A model generated the notes under the pieces. The model saw nothing but the letters and a program-made list of their open reading frames with translations. It had not been told where the DNA came from and did no database searches. A stretch of 63,948 nucleotides of DNA, filler included, from Cercozoa sp. M6MM (taxonomy: Eukaryota > Protista > Endomyxa: Ascetosporea), in NCBI GenBank assembly GCA_040357565.1. It is 16 parts of 16 records of this genome, joined end to end, with 100 filler letters (N's around TTAATTAATTAA, not from the genome) between each part and the next. Parts side by side here need not be neighbours in the genome. Positions count along the whole stretch, not along the records: positions 61,175 to 62,828 come from JBDODJ010001961.1; positions 62,929 to 63,948 come from JBDODJ010002223.1; 14 more parts are not named here. The stretch is one strand, 5' to 3'. This document shows positions 61,204 to 63,948 of the stretch, piece by piece. Both the position numbers and the translations under genes were made by a program. Every line of letters begins with the position of its first letter. Position 1 is the stretch's first letter.

Positions 61204-62820
61204 GTGCACGCGCCGGGCTACCTGGCCGTCGACGATCTGACGGGCGCCGTTAGACGTGTGCTGCTGGATTCACTCGACTTTGCCACGCAGGTAGCCTTTA
61301 TCCCCTCCCCGTTTGACCCCCTCCCCCCCCCCCCGCCCCCATTTCCATTTACTTGAATTACCTCCTTTATCCCTCTTCCGTTACCCCTTATTTTGCATCT
61401 ACACTGTTAGGCCCCCCCCCCCCCCCCACCACCCGCGACAGATGGACATGGACCGCCTGGCGACAGACGAGCGCATGGGCCCGGTGCTGTGGTACCTGGC
61501 GGCCACACCGCCGCCGATTGAGCCGGAGTCGGAGTCGGAGTCTCAGCAGGAAGGGCTCAGCATGCAGGACAGCGAGAGCGAGGAGTCCGGCACCGAGGTA
61601 GACCCGTTTGTGTGCGAGTGTCTACCGACTGGATTGGGTTGGATTGGATTGGACTGTGCACGTACTGGGTGGGTGCATGCGCACTGACTGGGAGGGGGTG
61701 TGCTGGGTGGGGCACGTGGCAGGCATGTGATTGAGGTGAGTGCGCAGATGCCGCTGCACGTGGCGATCGAACGCGCGCGCGTGTCGACGTCGTCGCACTC
61801 TTTCGGCAACGTGTCGGTAATTGCACGTGTTGTGCTGTCTAGATGGATCGTTTACATGGACTGTCCAGTCGGGCTGTCCCATGGACCCCTATCTTGTCCA
61901 TTTGTACCGTGTGTGTCTGTGTTATACGGATAGGAGGACGACGTGAGTCGATTCAAATTGATGACACCTGCCGAGCGACTGCCTTCGCTGGTGTGTTCCC
62001 CCACCGCTACCCCTTGCCCCTATTTACTTTGCCTCCTGCGGCAGGCGTTCCGAGCGCTGTTTGCGGTGAGTTTCGCGGGCACGGGTGCGTCGATGAGTTC
62101 GGCCGTGCACGCTGTGGTGCGACAGGCCGTGCAGCATCCAAACCTGCCTGTACTCATTTCCCCTCTTCCCCTACCCTCCCTTTACCCCCTCCCACACACA
62201 GGGCTCACTGGCAGTGAGCACATTGTTGCCGATGTCGGTTGTGGACCCTCGGAAGTGCATTGAGATGTCGGTACCGTTTACTTTCCTGTATTCCCCATCT
62301 TTACCCCCTCTCCCCCTCCCAGGAGGAGCACGGTAAGGCGAGACAGGCGATGCTGCTGCCGGCGCAGCGAGTGCTGGCGCCGCCGCTGATCGGTTTCGCC
62401 CTGTGGCTGGTGCGACGCGCCGGTCTGGGTGCACGGGTATGCATCTTACCCCCACCCCACCCTCCCCCACTTTTAACTCCCTCGCCCCTGCAGATTCGAC
62501 TGTGCAAGGAACTAGCGGCGCTGGCGATGGCGTCGCGCGACAACGCCGTCAATATCATGAAGGTACGCAGGTTTACCCCCCCCCCCACCTCACCCCTCAC
62601 CCTTGTGTAGCACGCTGACTGGCGACGAACGTTGTTGGCGCTGCTCGTTGATACCCGAGATCGCCAGTTGGTCCGCATGGTAGCCCGTCTATAACCCTCC
62701 ACCCCCTCCTTTACCTCCCTCGCCGGCACAGGCGGCCAACACGTTTGGAGCGCTGGTGCAACGTGTGTTTTTTGAACCGGTGCTGAGCGATAAGGCCGAT
62801 GGCGAGAGTAGTTGGCGCTT
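61204..62820 (+). CDS. Helical-repeat protein fragment, possibly neurobeachin/BEACH family
   Basis: About 10 GT-AG-joined exons. IRLCKELAALAMASRDNAVNIMKHADWRRTLLALL recalls the neurobeachin ARM region (SRENRR.LLQ..VWQ). No BEACH core is visible. Confidence 0.4.
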
Positions 62821-62948
62821 TACCCCCCNNNNNNNNNNNNNNNNNNNNNNNNNNNNNNNNNNNNNNNNNNNNTTAATTAATTAANNNNNNNNNNNNNNNN
62901 NNNNNNNNNNNNNNNNNNNNNNNNNNNNTAAAAATGCAAAACATGGCA

Positions 62949-63023
<75 letters not shown>

Positions 63024-63129
63024 ATTACCGCACGAAGCTGGCTCAAAGCAGCATTTTCATCATGCACCTCGCTTGTTTTCAACACATAACCTGCTCAAAA
63101 CAAATCGCATCGATACAAACACACTCCCC

Positions 63130-63323
63130 TTAAATCACATGGATTGAAGCAACTGTACGAAGCCACATGTCCGCCAGCGCGGAGTGACCGATAACCAGAC
63201 GCAGCGGTTGGGACGGTCGAAGCGACGCGCCGATCCGAGCAACTTCCATCAGAAGCTTGAAGTTATCTGGAATACTGTCGTCGTTTTGTACCGTCTCAAA
63301 CCTCTCCTGCTGCAAACCCACTT

Positions 63324-63365
<42 letters not shown>

Positions 63366-63893
63366 CGCACACGCACAATGATACATATAACACATACACG
63401 CAGGCACGGACATAGCCACGTGAAGTGCATTTGCTGAAACAGAAGGAACCTCATCTGGGATATTGAAAGCCAATCCGTCTGTCGGAAAGTTCCACTTTGA
63501 GTGGTCTTGCGACTGCGGCAGTGTGATCGGTGCAAGGCTACAGTCAAACAGTACAACAGAACTAAAGTCGACAAGAGTACACACACTCCTATAAAACACA
63601 CATGAACGTACCCAGACAGTTCAAGAACGCGTTGTTCGATTCCCTGAAGGACTTCATCTGGCGCCAAACCAGCAGAGAGATCCTGCACATATTTAATTTA
63701 CATGAAATGGACAAGCCCACACGAGAGAACACACAGTTTTGAAGGTTTCAAGGATGTCAGCAAGCGGCGCAAATGCAGGCAGGCGGAGCATAGCCAGCAC
63801 GTCAGCACGCTTCTTTTCTTCAAAGTCATTGTCGTCCGGATCTTGGTAGATGGCGCTCTCGCCAAAGTCGGCGAGCCTGACTTCTCCGTCACG

Positions 63894-63894
<1 letters not shown>
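63130..63894 (-). CDS. Protein-kinase-like protein, C-terminal part
   Basis: DGEVRLADFGESA followed by ...RADVLAM. No APE motif is visible, so it is atypical or degenerate. Confidence 0.45.
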
Positions 63895-63946
<52 letters not shown>

Positions 63947-63948
63947 TT

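Noticed and set aside
6177-62928. Regularly recurring TTAATTAATTAA as a biological repeat, and functional clustering across it (e.g. Vps39, TRAPPC1, ATG2 and VPS13 as a trafficking cluster)
   Set aside because: The 12-mer is always flanked by exactly 44 N on each side, so it is an artificial spacer. The genes are on different contigs and their adjacency means nothing.
1-63948. Alternative genetic code or stop readthrough
   Set aside because: In the conserved genes I spliced, apparent in-frame stops fall in GT-AG introns, and TAA, TAG and TGA all serve as terminal stops.
1-63948. ORFs rich in CVCV, HTHT, YIYI, PTYL or PYP, and long antisense ORFs over RRM1
   Set aside because: They are translations of intronic microsatellites or shadows of GC3-rich coding exons.

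Overview
This window is not one locus. It is 16 short contigs or scaffolds of an intron-rich microbial eukaryote, joined by 15 artificial 100-nt spacers (N44-TTAATTAATTAA-N44), so gene neighbourhoods only mean something within a contig. The lineage cannot be proven from sequence alone; a CDPK7-like kinase hints at SAR. The ORF track mostly shows exon fragments, so I spliced genes by eye through short GT-AG introns (mostly about 50-90 nt). Recognisable genes: RNR large subunit, Vps39/TGFBRAP1-like, TRAPPC1, the ATG2 C-terminus, a UvrD/Srs2 helicase, a Venus-flytrap receptor ectodomain, a divergent PIP kinase, VPS13, a TPR-SET protein, TAF9, PRP4 kinase, ALY/REF, an atypical PDI, an Angel/CCR4-like EEP enzyme, a beta-lactamase-family hydrolase, C2H2 and bHLH transcription factors, an M1 aminopeptidase, a cytochrome P450 and a PH-CAMK kinase. 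I found no CRISPR array, rRNA, convincing tRNA or intact mobile element. The most interesting signals are: (1) an unusual splicing landscape, with donors dominated by GTAC/GTAT, +4A nearly absent, +5G near background, introns filled with C-rich tandem repeats, and a PRP4 kinase with Glu at its activation-loop Tyr position; (2) a P450 with hallmarks of the animal mitochondrial clan; (3) a twice-repeated Cys/His module I cannot assign; (4) a PB1 domain fused to a conserved unnamed domain; (5) a palindromic TACWGTA intergenic motif. All product calls come from motif recognition from memory, not database searches. CDS coordinates span introns, and many genes are cut by contig ends.
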